A DNA stretch of 64,000 nt, from contig JBGAML010000008.1 of NCBI GenBank assembly GCA_044223005.1, positions 79,962 to 143,961 of the forward strand, in the 5' to 3' direction. Position numbers and translations under genes: made by a program. A model generated the notes under the pieces. The model searched no databases. It was not told where the DNA came from and worked only from the letters and a program-made list of their open reading frames with translations. The stretch is from Candidatus Eiseniibacteriota bacterium. GTDB taxonomy: Bacteria > Eisenbacteria > RBG-16-71-46. Positions 48,387 through 57,082 of the stretch are shown here, in pieces (position 1 is the first letter of the stretch; each line of letters starts with the position of its first letter).

Positions 48387-49328
48387 CTACGGCAGTCCGG
48401 CGCCGCGCGCGGCGACCAGGATCGTGTACCACTCCTCGCGATCGAGCTCGATCGCATCGGCGCGCGTGGCGTCGCGGATCCGGTCCGGCTGCACGCTGCC
48501 CACGATCGGCACGATGCCGGCCGGGTGGCGCAGCAGCCACGCGAGGGCGATCACGGCGCGGCTCTCGCCGCGCTCGCCGGCGATCCGGTCGAGCGTCGCG
48601 ACGAGATTTCGCAGCGTGCCGGCGCGCGGATCCTCGGGAGAGGGATCGCCGCCCGCGAGCAGGCCACGCGCGAGCGGGCTCCACGACGTGGGCGTGATGT
48701 GTTCCGCGAGACACTGGTCGAGCGTTCCATCCTCGAACGGCTCCAGGCGGGCGAGGTGGATCTCGACCTGGTGCGCGACGAGGGGCATCGGGCACGCGCG
48801 CTTCAGGGCCTCGAGCGTGGCAGGGCGAAAGTTGCTCACGCCGAACGCCCGGACCTTGCCCGCGCGCTGCAGTTCGTCGAACGCCCCCGCGATCTCGGCG
48901 GGATCGGCCAGGTAGTCGGGGCGATGCAGCATGTAGAGGTCGATCGTGTCGATCCCCAGCCGCTGCAGCGACGCGTCGCAGGAGCGGAGGATGTGCTCGC
49001 GCGAGAAGTCCCACCGTTGCGGCGCGCGCGGCGAGGGCTCGCCGGCCCAGCGGATGCCGCACTTGGTGCCGATCGTCACGCGCTCGCGCATGCCGGCGAC
49101 GTCGCGCAGCACGCGACCGAAGATCTCCTCGGCGAGACCGTTGCCGTAGATGTCGGCGTGATCGAAGTGCGTGTAGCCCGCCTCCCACGCGGCGAGGATC
49201 GCGCGCCGGCCGGTGGCCTCCATGTCGGGCGTGAATCGCGCACGGTCCATGGTGCCACTCGTGCGCATGCAGCCGTAGGCGAGCCGGGTGGAGACGAGCG
49301 GACTGGTGCCGAGCGATTGCGTTTTCAT
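48387..49328 (-). CDS. Aldo/keto reductase (YdhF-like)
   Basis: LAYGCMR, FDHADIYG, TKCGI, IDLYMLHRPD, GKVRAFGVSNF, WSPLARG, WLLRHP. Confidence 0.92.
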   Translation of the reverse strand: MKTQSLGTSPLVSTRLAYGCMRTSGTMDRARFTPDMEATGRRAILAAWEAGYTHFDHADIYGNGLAEEIFGRVLRDVAGMRERVTIGTKCGIRWAGEPSPRAPQRWDFSREHILRSCDASLQRLGIDTIDLYMLHRPDYLADPAEIAGAFDELQRAGKVRAFGVSNFRPATLEALKRACPMPLVAHQVEIHLARLEPFEDGTLDQCLAEHITPTSWSPLARGLLAGGDPSPEDPRAGTLRNLVATLDRIAGERGESRAVIALAWLLRHPAGIVPIVGSVQPDRIRDATRADAIELDREEWYTILVAARGAGLP

Positions 49329-49636
49329 TCTGGCTCCATCGGGAGGCGTTCGAGCGGAGTGCGAGTGCGTGCGCGGCATGATCGCACACGCGATCGCTCG
49401 TGTTCGCCGTTCGATCGCCGAAGCGCCGCGATCGTCGCGCGAGCCTCGCCGTTCGTGAGCGCGCCGCTGCGCGGGCGCGTTCTCACGTGGGACGATTCAC
49501 GCGTGGCTCGCACCGTTCCGCCCGTTCCCGCGTGCTCTCCCCGGAGAGCCGGTCGCCGGGAACTTCCGCCGCGGCGGTGCGTCCCTGTCGTGTCCCCTGC
49601 CGTCGTCCGCATCCCACCTGGCCGAAGGACCTGCCC

Positions 49637-51454
49637 ATGCGTCGCTCCCGTCGTGCCGCCGCACTCGCGGCCGGCCTGTTGCTGTCCTGTCTCTGCGGTC
49701 TCACCGCTCCTTCCGTCGCCCGCGCGTCGCACGTCACGTTCGTCTCGCCGATCGACGGCGCGCGCGGCATCCTGCCCGTCACGACCCTCCTGGTGCGTTA
49801 CGACGGCGCGGCGCCACTCGCCGCCGGCGACCTGGCGGCCGCGTTCGAGGTCGTCGGCTCGTCGAGCGGCCCGCACGCCGGTCGTGCGCACGTCTCGCGC
49901 GACGGCGATGCGCTGATCTTCGAGCCGGCGACGCCGTTCGCACTCGGCGAGCACGTCACCGTGCGGCTCTCGGAGGCGGCGGCGCCCGATCCGGGCCGGC
50001 TCGGCGTGGCGCGTACGTTCGCGTTCGACGTCGCGGCCCGGCTCTCGCCGCGTCGCGGCGCGATTCCGGATCTCGATGCGCCCGCCATGGCGGGGCTGCT
50101 CGCCCCGGCCACTCCGGCCGCGACCCGCGACACGTTGCCCGCGGATTTCCCGGACCTGGTCACCCAGCAGATGGGCGCCTGCGCGCCCGGCCAGCTCTTC
50201 CTCGCGAACATCCCGCTCGCCGGCGACCAGACGCCGTACCTCATGGTGGTCGACAACGCGGGAACGCCGCTCTGGTACCGCGCGATGCCGGGTTGGGTGA
50301 CCGACTTCCGCCGGCACGCGAACGGCGACTTCGCCTACTTCGACAACGGCGCCGGGGTCTGGACCGTGCTCGACTCGACGTTGACCCCGTCCGAGACGTG
50401 GCAGGCGGGCAACGGGTATTTCACGGACAACCACGAGTTTCGCATGCTGGCCAACGGCCACGTGCTGCTGCTCGCGGTCGATCCGCAGATCGTCGACATG
50501 AGCGCCCTCGTGCCCGGCGGACGCACCGCCGCCACGGTGCTCGGCATGGTCGTGCAGGAACTCGACGCCGACCACGACGTCGTCTTTCAGTGGCGGTCGT
50601 TCGATCACGTGGCGATCACGGACGCCATCGGGATCGACCTGACGGCCGTCACGATCGACTACATGCATTCCAACGCGCTGGACGTGGCCGACGACGGCAA
50701 TCTCCTGCTCTCGTCCCGCCACCTGAGCGAGATCACCAAGATCGACCGCTCCACCGGGGACGTGGTATGGCGCTGGGGCGGCAAGCACAACCAGTTCACG
50801 TTCGTGGGCGACACGCTGCAGTTCGGCTACCAGCACGGCATTCGCCAGATCGGGAACGGTCACTACACCCTGTTCGACAACGGCACGCTGCGAGTGCCGT
50901 CGTGGTCGCGCGCGTGCGAGTACGCGCTCGACGAGGTGAACCACACCGCGACGCTCGCGTGGAGCTACCGCCCGAACCCCGACATCCGGGCGCTCGCGAT
51001 GGGCTTCGTGCAGCGTCTCGACAACGGCAACACGCTCGTGTCGTTCGGGACGGGCAAGCCGGACGCGATCGAGGTGACGCCCGAAGGCGACGAAGTGCTG
51101 GTGCTCTCGCTGCCGGACCAGATGTCGAGCTATCGCGTGCTCCGCAAGGACTGGAACCCGCTGCCGGTGTCGGTGACGAACGCTCGCCTGGTGTTGGACC
51201 TCGCCTTCCTCGGCCCCAACCCGGCGCACGGGACCACGACGCTCATGGCGCGCCTGCCGCAGGCGGGCCGCGTGGCACTGCGCGTGTTCGACCTGCAGGG
51301 CCGCGAGGTGGCGACGCCCCTGTCGCCGGCGCTGCGCCAGGCGGGAGTGCTCACGGTGCCGCTGCGTCTCGCGGGCCGGCCGAGCGGCGTCTACTTCTGC
51401 AGGCTCGAAACCGAGCAGGGCGCGACGACGCGGCGGCTCCTGCTCGTGAACTAG
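49637..51454 (+). CDS. Secreted arylsulfotransferase (ASST)-family protein with N-terminal Ig-like domain and T9SS-like CTD
   Basis: NHEF, DYMHSNAL, LLSSRH, QHGIR, LFDNG, QRLDNGNTL. CTD GPNP...FDLQGREV...SGVYFCRL. Confidence 0.85.
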   Translation: MRRSRRAAALAAGLLLSCLCGLTAPSVARASHVTFVSPIDGARGILPVTTLLVRYDGAAPLAAGDLAAAFEVVGSSSGPHAGRAHVSRDGDALIFEPATPFALGEHVTVRLSEAAAPDPGRLGVARTFAFDVAARLSPRRGAIPDLDAPAMAGLLAPATPAATRDTLPADFPDLVTQQMGACAPGQLFLANIPLAGDQTPYLMVVDNAGTPLWYRAMPGWVTDFRRHANGDFAYFDNGAGVWTVLDSTLTPSETWQAGNGYFTDNHEFRMLANGHVLLLAVDPQIVDMSALVPGGRTAATVLGMVVQELDADHDVVFQWRSFDHVAITDAIGIDLTAVTIDYMHSNALDVADDGNLLLSSRHLSEITKIDRSTGDVVWRWGGKHNQFTFVGDTLQFGYQHGIRQIGNGHYTLFDNGTLRVPSWSRACEYALDEVNHTATLAWSYRPNPDIRALAMGFVQRLDNGNTLVSFGTGKPDAIEVTPEGDEVLVLSLPDQMSSYRVLRKDWNPLPVSVTNARLVLDLAFLGPNPAHGTTTLMARLPQAGRVALRVFDLQGREVATPLSPALRQAGVLTVPLRLAGRPSGVYFCRLETEQGATTRRLLLVN

Positions 51455-51472
51455 TACGTCCGGCAACGCGGC

Positions 51473-51499
51473 CCGCGGCCCCGGAATCCGGGGCCGCGG
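51473..51499. terminator. GC stem-loop after the ASST gene
   Basis: CCGCGGCCCCGGA-A-TCCGGGGCCGCGG, no U-tract. Confidence 0.45.
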
Positions 51500-51691
51500 C
51501 TCGGGCAGCCGGACCGAACCTGTTCCTGAAAATCCGCCGCCCCCGCGTGGTTCGGGCTGGGAACCACTGCGAGCCCGCTGCTAGCATAGGACGGCCGCTC
51601 CGGCATGCCCCCCGTTCCGCGCCGGCGACTGCGGCCGCTCCCCCACGGACCGCACTCTCCCTCGGCTCCCGACATCTCCGTGAGGTTCTCC

Positions 51692-54600
51692 GTGCTCCGC
51701 CGACCCTTCGGTTTCGTGGCGATCGTCGCCGCGATCGTGCTGCTCGCCGGCGCCGCCGCGCGCGCGCTGGTCGTCCCCTCCGGGTTCGTGGTCGAGAACG
51801 CCGTTTCCGGTTCGACCTTCAAATACCCGACGGGGCTCGCCTTCCTGCCGGACGGCCGCTTCATCGTGACCGAGGAAGAGGGCAAGGCCTGGATGGTCGT
51901 GAACGGCGTGCGCCAGGCGAACGAGGTCTGGAACGCGACGGGCGAGATCCTGAGCAACGGCGATCGCGGCCTGCTCGGCGTGGCGGTCGACCCGAAGTAC
52001 TTCGTCAATCACTTCGTCTACTTCCTCTACTCGGTGGACCCGGACTCGAACGGCGTCGACGACAACCCCAACGGGTTCAGCCGCCTCGCGCGCTACACGA
52101 TGCGCACGACCGGGGACACGAACACGGTCGACCCCGCGTCGCGCACGATCCTGATCGGCGTGGACTGGCGCCACGGAAAGCTCGATGCCGGGCTCTCGCA
52201 CAGCATCGGATCGCTGCGCTGGGGCCGCGACGGCAGCCTGCTCGTCTCGGCGGGAGAGGGCGCGGACTTCGACACCGTCGACGCGGGTGGCCTGCAGCCG
52301 GCGGCGTTCGGTCCCACGCGCACGGATCCGAACGAGGACATCGGCGCGTTCCGCGCGCAGGACGTGACGAACATCTGCGGCAAGATCCTGCGCATCAACC
52401 CGGCGAACGGGCACGGCTACGCGAGCAATCCGTTCGCCGACGGCGACCTCTCCGACGCCCGATCGCGTGTGTGGGAATACGGCATGCGCAATCCGTACCG
52501 GTTCACGGTGCGGCCGGGCACGGGCAGCACGGACACGTCGGCGGCGAACCCGGGCTCGCTCTACATCGGCGACGTCGGCTGGGGCAGCTACGAGGAGCTG
52601 AACGTCGCGCCCGCCGGCGGCCGCAACTTCGGCTGGCCTTGCAACGAGGGGTTCGATCCGCAGCCCCGCTACACGCTCGCCAACCCGAGCCACAACGGCT
52701 GCGGCAGCGTGGGCACGGCGACCAATCCATCGTCGTGGTCCAAGCCGGTCGCGTCGTGGCACCACAGCCAGTCGGGCCTGAGCGTGCCGCCGGGCACCAC
52801 GGGCTCGGCGATCGTGGCCGGCGCCTTCTACACGGACAGCCTCTATCCGGGCGCCTGGCGCAACCGGCTGTTCATCGCGGACTTCGTCGAGGAGTGGATC
52901 CAGGTCGCCACGTTCAGCAACAACGACCACTTCATCGGTCTCACCACCTTCGGCACCGGCATGGGCGCGCCGGTGTCGATCGACCGCAGCCCGATCGACG
53001 GCAATCTCTACTACGCCTCGATCTCGACCGGCGAGGTCCGGCGCATCCGCTGGACGGGTGCGACGGGTGGCAACTCGATCCCGGTGGCGAAGGCGATCGC
53101 GACGCCCGCGAGCGGACCGGCACCGCTCACGGTCGCGTTCACCGGAGACGACAGCTTCGATCCCGACGGCAACACGCTCGCCTACGCGTGGACGTTCGGC
53201 GACGGCGGCACCTCGACGCTCGCGAACCCGTCGCACCTCTACGCGGCGATCGGCACCTACGTCGCGAAGCTCACCGTGAACGACGGGCGCGGGGGTGTCT
53301 CGACGGATTCCGTCACGGTGTCGGCGATCGCGAACCAGGCGTTCCCGACCACGGCGGTGATCGACAACTTCAACCGCGCGAACGGCGCGCTCGCGGCCCC
53401 GTGGGTGGGCACGAACGGCGTCGCGATCGCGTCCAACCGCCTGTCGCAGACTTGCTGCTACGCGACGCCCGTGTGGACCGGCGCCAGCTTCGGCCCCGAG
53501 CAGGAAGCCTTCCTCACGCTCTCGTCGATCGTCGCGAACGCGCCCGAGTACGACCTGATGCTCAAGGTGCAGGGGACGACCTACACCTCGGCGCACATCG
53601 AGGTGCGCTACGACGACGCGGTCAAGCGCGTCGCGGTCGCGACCTACGACGCGGCGGCCGGCGGCTGGGTGGATCGTGGCGCGGTGCCCACGACGTTCGT
53701 CGCGGGCGACCGGCTCGGCGCGCGCGCACACGCGAACGGGACCGTGGACGTCTTCAAGAACACGACGCTGCTCGGGACGATCTCCACGGCCGGCTGGGCG
53801 TACAACGCGCAGGGCGGCTCGCTCGGGCTCACGCTGAGCGCCATCGGCGCCACGTTCGACGACTTCGGCGGCGGGACGTACCAGGCGGTGAGCGCCAGTC
53901 CCGTCGTCACGGTCACCTCGCCCAACGGCGGCGAGAGCTGGGTCGGCGGGTCCTCGCACGACGTGCAGTGGACGGCCGTCGACGACGTCGCCGTCACCAC
54001 GGTGGACGTCTACTACAAGGATCACGCGGCTTCGCCGTGGGTCCCGCTCGGACTGGCGCTGCCGAACACCGGTCACTTCACGTGGTTCGTGCAGAACACG
54101 CCCGCGTCCGACGCCCGCGTGCGCGTGATCGCGCGGGACGGCGACGGGCACGCGACCGCGGACAGCAGCGACGCCAACTTCACGATCACCGCCACGCCGG
54201 GCGGCGTCGTGCCGACGACGCTGCGCGACTTCCTGCTGCCGGGCACGCAGCCGCTGGAGGCGGGCGGCCTGTCGAGCCAGGCGAGCTGCAACACGTGTCA
54301 CTCGGGCTACTCGCCGCCGGTCGAGCCGGGGCGTAACTGGAAGGGCTCGATGATGGCGCAGGCGGCGCACGATCCGATCTTCTACGCCTGCCTCGCGATC
54401 GCGGAGCAGGACGCGCCGTCCTCGGGCGACCTGTGCATCCGCTGCCATTCGCCGCTCTCGTGGCTCGCGGGCAGGAGCCAGCCCACGAGCGGCGCGCGCA
54501 TCGACGCGCTCGGACGCGAAGGACTGTCCTGCGATTTCTGCCACCGCATGGTCGACCCGATCTACCAGGCGGGCGTGAGCCCAGCCGTGGACCAGCCGAT

Positions 54601-56107
54601 CCTCGCCGGCATGCTGCCCTCACACGTGCCGACCTCGTACGGCGTCGGCCAGTACGTGATCGATCCCAACAGCCGCGCGCGCGGGCCGTTCGCGGACGCG
54701 CTCGCGCCGCACGAGTTCGTCGCCTCGCCGTTCCACACGCGCAGCGAGATGTGCGCGACGTGCCACGACGTCTCGAACCCGGTCTTCGATCGCGTCACGG
54801 GTGCGGCGTACGCGCCGGGGCCGCTCGACACGCCGGCGGACACCGTCGATTCCCGCAAGCTGATGCCGCTCGAGCGCACCTACAGCGAGTGGCGCGCGAG
54901 CGCGTTTCCGCAAGGCGTGACGCTGCCCGAGTTCGCCGGCAACGCGCCGGGCGGCGTGGTGTCGGCGTGCCAGGACTGCCACATGCGCCAGGTGACCGGC
55001 GCCGGGTGCAACTCCGTCAGCGCGCCCGTCCGCGGCAACCTGCCCCTGCACGACTTCACGGGCGGGAACGCGTGGATGGGCGGCGTGATCGCGTCGCTCT
55101 GGCCGTCGGAGACCGACCCGGCGGCGATCGCCGACGCCCGCCAGCGCGCGGTCTCGACGCTGCAGAAGGCGGCGGACGTGCAGCTGTCGTTCGCGCCCGA
55201 GGGTGACAGTCTTCTCGCCACCGTGCGCGTCGTGAACCGCACGGGCCACAAGCTGCCCACCGGCTATCCGGAGGGCCGGCGCATGTGGCTCGACGTGGTG
55301 ATGAAGGACGCGGGCGGGAACGTGCTCTACCGCTCGTGTCCCTACGATTCGACGACGGGCGTGCTGGCGCCCGGGCCGCTCGCACGCGTGTACGAGATGC
55401 ACCTCGGTGTCTCGAAGCGCAGTGCCGCGGCGCTCGGCCTCGCGGCTGGGCCGACGTTCCACTTCACGCTCAACGACTCGGTCTACAAGGACAACCGCAT
55501 CCCGCCGCTCGGGTTCACCAACGCCGCGTACGATTCGTTCGGTGGGACGCCCGTGGACGACTCGCAGCCCTCGCCGCGCTATCCGGACGGCCAGAACTGG
55601 GACGCGTCGAGCTACCCGGTGCCGAAGACCGCGGTGACGGTGACCGCGACGCTCTGGTACCAGACGACGTCCAAGGACTACGTCGAGTTCCTGCAGGCGA
55701 CCAACGCCAGCAACACCGCGGGCCAGGCGATGTACGACGCGTGGACCGCGAACGGCCGGTCCGCGCCCGTCGCCATGGAATCCGTTTTGCTGCCGACGAG
55801 CGGCACGGGAACGGACGGGGCGGCGCCGCCGACGGTGCTCGCGTTGCAGCCGCTGCGCAATCCCTCGGCGGGACCGGTGCGGCTCGCGCTGTCGCTGCCG
55901 CGCGCGGCGAACGTGCGGTTCGAGATCTTCGACGTGACCGGCCGCGCGGTGTTCCGAGCGCCTGAACACCGCTACGCGGCGGGCGTGCACGCACTCGAGT
56001 GGGATGGCCGCGTCGCCGGCCGCAGCGAGGCCGGGGCAGGCGCGTACTGGGCGGTCGCGACGGTGGACGGCGAGCGGCTCGTGCGCCGCATCGTCCGCCT
56101 GCGCTGA
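51692..56107 (+). CDS. Secreted fusion: PQQ-type sugar dehydrogenase (GSDH) propeller - PKD - beta-sandwich/Ig - pentaheme cytochrome c - FlgD-Ig/T9SS-like CTD
   Basis: PTGLAFLPDGR, DRGLLGVAVDP, HSIGSL, GKILRI, GMRNPYRF, NFGWP (GSDH). SFDPDG..AYAWTFGDG (PKD). Five CxxCH: CNTCH, CIRCH, CDFCH, CATCH, CQDCH. GHKLPTG. CTD. Start GTG 51692 or 51680. Confidence 0.88.
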   Translation: MLRRPFGFVAIVAAIVLLAGAAARALVVPSGFVVENAVSGSTFKYPTGLAFLPDGRFIVTEEEGKAWMVVNGVRQANEVWNATGEILSNGDRGLLGVAVDPKYFVNHFVYFLYSVDPDSNGVDDNPNGFSRLARYTMRTTGDTNTVDPASRTILIGVDWRHGKLDAGLSHSIGSLRWGRDGSLLVSAGEGADFDTVDAGGLQPAAFGPTRTDPNEDIGAFRAQDVTNICGKILRINPANGHGYASNPFADGDLSDARSRVWEYGMRNPYRFTVRPGTGSTDTSAANPGSLYIGDVGWGSYEELNVAPAGGRNFGWPCNEGFDPQPRYTLANPSHNGCGSVGTATNPSSWSKPVASWHHSQSGLSVPPGTTGSAIVAGAFYTDSLYPGAWRNRLFIADFVEEWIQVATFSNNDHFIGLTTFGTGMGAPVSIDRSPIDGNLYYASISTGEVRRIRWTGATGGNSIPVAKAIATPASGPAPLTVAFTGDDSFDPDGNTLAYAWTFGDGGTSTLANPSHLYAAIGTYVAKLTVNDGRGGVSTDSVTVSAIANQAFPTTAVIDNFNRANGALAAPWVGTNGVAIASNRLSQTCCYATPVWTGASFGPEQEAFLTLSSIVANAPEYDLMLKVQGTTYTSAHIEVRYDDAVKRVAVATYDAAAGGWVDRGAVPTTFVAGDRLGARAHANGTVDVFKNTTLLGTISTAGWAYNAQGGSLGLTLSAIGATFDDFGGGTYQAVSASPVVTVTSPNGGESWVGGSSHDVQWTAVDDVAVTTVDVYYKDHAASPWVPLGLALPNTGHFTWFVQNTPASDARVRVIARDGDGHATADSSDANFTITATPGGVVPTTLRDFLLPGTQPLEAGGLSSQASCNTCHSGYSPPVEPGRNWKGSMMAQAAHDPIFYACLAIAEQDAPSSGDLCIRCHSPLSWLAGRSQPTSGARIDALGREGLSCDFCHRMVDPIYQAGVSPAVDQPILAGMLPSHVPTSYGVGQYVIDPNSRARGPFADALAPHEFVASPFHTRSEMCATCHDVSNPVFDRVTGAAYAPGPLDTPADTVDSRKLMPLERTYSEWRASAFPQGVTLPEFAGNAPGGVVSACQDCHMRQVTGAGCNSVSAPVRGNLPLHDFTGGNAWMGGVIASLWPSETDPAAIADARQRAVSTLQKAADVQLSFAPEGDSLLATVRVVNRTGHKLPTGYPEGRRMWLDVVMKDAGGNVLYRSCPYDSTTGVLAPGPLARVYEMHLGVSKRSAAALGLAAGPTFHFTLNDSVYKDNRIPPLGFTNAAYDSFGGTPVDDSQPSPRYPDGQNWDASSYPVPKTAVTVTATLWYQTTSKDYVEFLQATNASNTAGQAMYDAWTANGRSAPVAMESVLLPTSGTGTDGAAPPTVLALQPLRNPSAGPVRLALSLPRAANVRFEIFDVTGRAVFRAPEHRYAAGVHALEWDGRVAGRSEAGAGAYWAVATVDGERLVRRIVRLR

Positions 56108-56160
56108 CCGAACGATCCGCGCGCGCCCGTCTCGGCGCGTGCTCGCCGAGGAGGTCGATC

Positions 56161-56916
56161 GTGCGCTGGGCCGTGGGAGCGGGAGTTGCGCTGCTGTTCG
56201 TCGGAACGAGTGCAGGCGCTGCTCCGCGCACCGACGCGTGGGCCGTGGGGCCGCACCCGGTCGTCCACGTCTTCTCGGACGACGCGCGGGTGCGCGTGCG
56301 GACCGGACCGGCCGACAGTGTCGTGCTGGTGACGAAGCACGTGGTGAAGGCCCGTGGCGAGCGCTTCGAGTTCCGCCCCGAGCGGATCACCGTGGAGCGC
56401 CGCGGAGACACGCTGGACGTGGAAGCGATCACGGGCGGCGGCACGGTCGTGATCGGCGCGGTCGCCGAGCGATTCGAGATGCAGCTCGTGGTGCCCGAGG
56501 GTGCGGTGGTGCGGCTCGAGACGGGCGAGGGCCGCGTCGACCTCGCGGGCGTGCGGGGCGAGTTCGACGTGCGCACCTCGACGGGCGACCTGTTCGCGCG
56601 CGATGCGCGCGGCCAGCTGCGCGTGAACGCGCCGCGGGCACGGCGCGTGGACGTCCGGGGTTTCGATGGCCGTCTCGAGGTCGCGACGGCGGGCGACGTG
56701 CGCGCCACCGGACGCTTCGACCTTCTCGTCGCGTCGACGCACGGCGGTGATCTCGAGGTCGAGTGCCGCCCCGGCTGCGCGTCGCCGGAGTCGTGGCGGC
56801 TCGAGACCCTCGCTCCGGCAGGTGGCGAGATCGTGCTGCGAGCGTCGCCGGAATTCGAGGCGACCCGCGTGCCGGCGAGCGCTCGGACTCGGGTCCGCCG
56901 CGAAGGCGGGCGCTGA
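56161..56916 (+). CDS. Exported beta-strand-repeat protein (DUF4097/adhesin-like)
   Basis: GAGGAGG RBS, signal peptide, repeated xTxxGxVx units. Confidence 0.7.
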   Translation: MRWAVGAGVALLFVGTSAGAAPRTDAWAVGPHPVVHVFSDDARVRVRTGPADSVVLVTKHVVKARGERFEFRPERITVERRGDTLDVEAITGGGTVVIGAVAERFEMQLVVPEGAVVRLETGEGRVDLAGVRGEFDVRTSTGDLFARDARGQLRVNAPRARRVDVRGFDGRLEVATAGDVRATGRFDLLVASTHGGDLEVECRPGCASPESWRLETLAPAGGEIVLRASPEFEATRVPASARTRVRREGGR

Positions 56917-57082
56917 GAGCGGAGCCCGCACGTTCGTCCCGCGCATCCCCCCGCACGCGCGTGCTACGCTCCGGGCGGGAAGCCTCGCGCGGGCGCTCGA
57001 GGTTTCCCGTCCCGAGTCACGGCGGCCGCGCGGCACGCGCGGTGGACGCCGCCTCCGTCGGTTCGGCCCGGCCGCTCTCCCC

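Noticed and set aside
50293..54336. Very long alternative-frame ORFs (for example 50293..54336+, 57017..61138-, 37899..41204-, 19522..22311+, 54..1994+)
   Set aside because: They are Arg/Ala/Gly/Pro-rich shadow or antisense frames of well-supported genes, expected when stop codons are scarce at high GC, and have no recognisable motifs.
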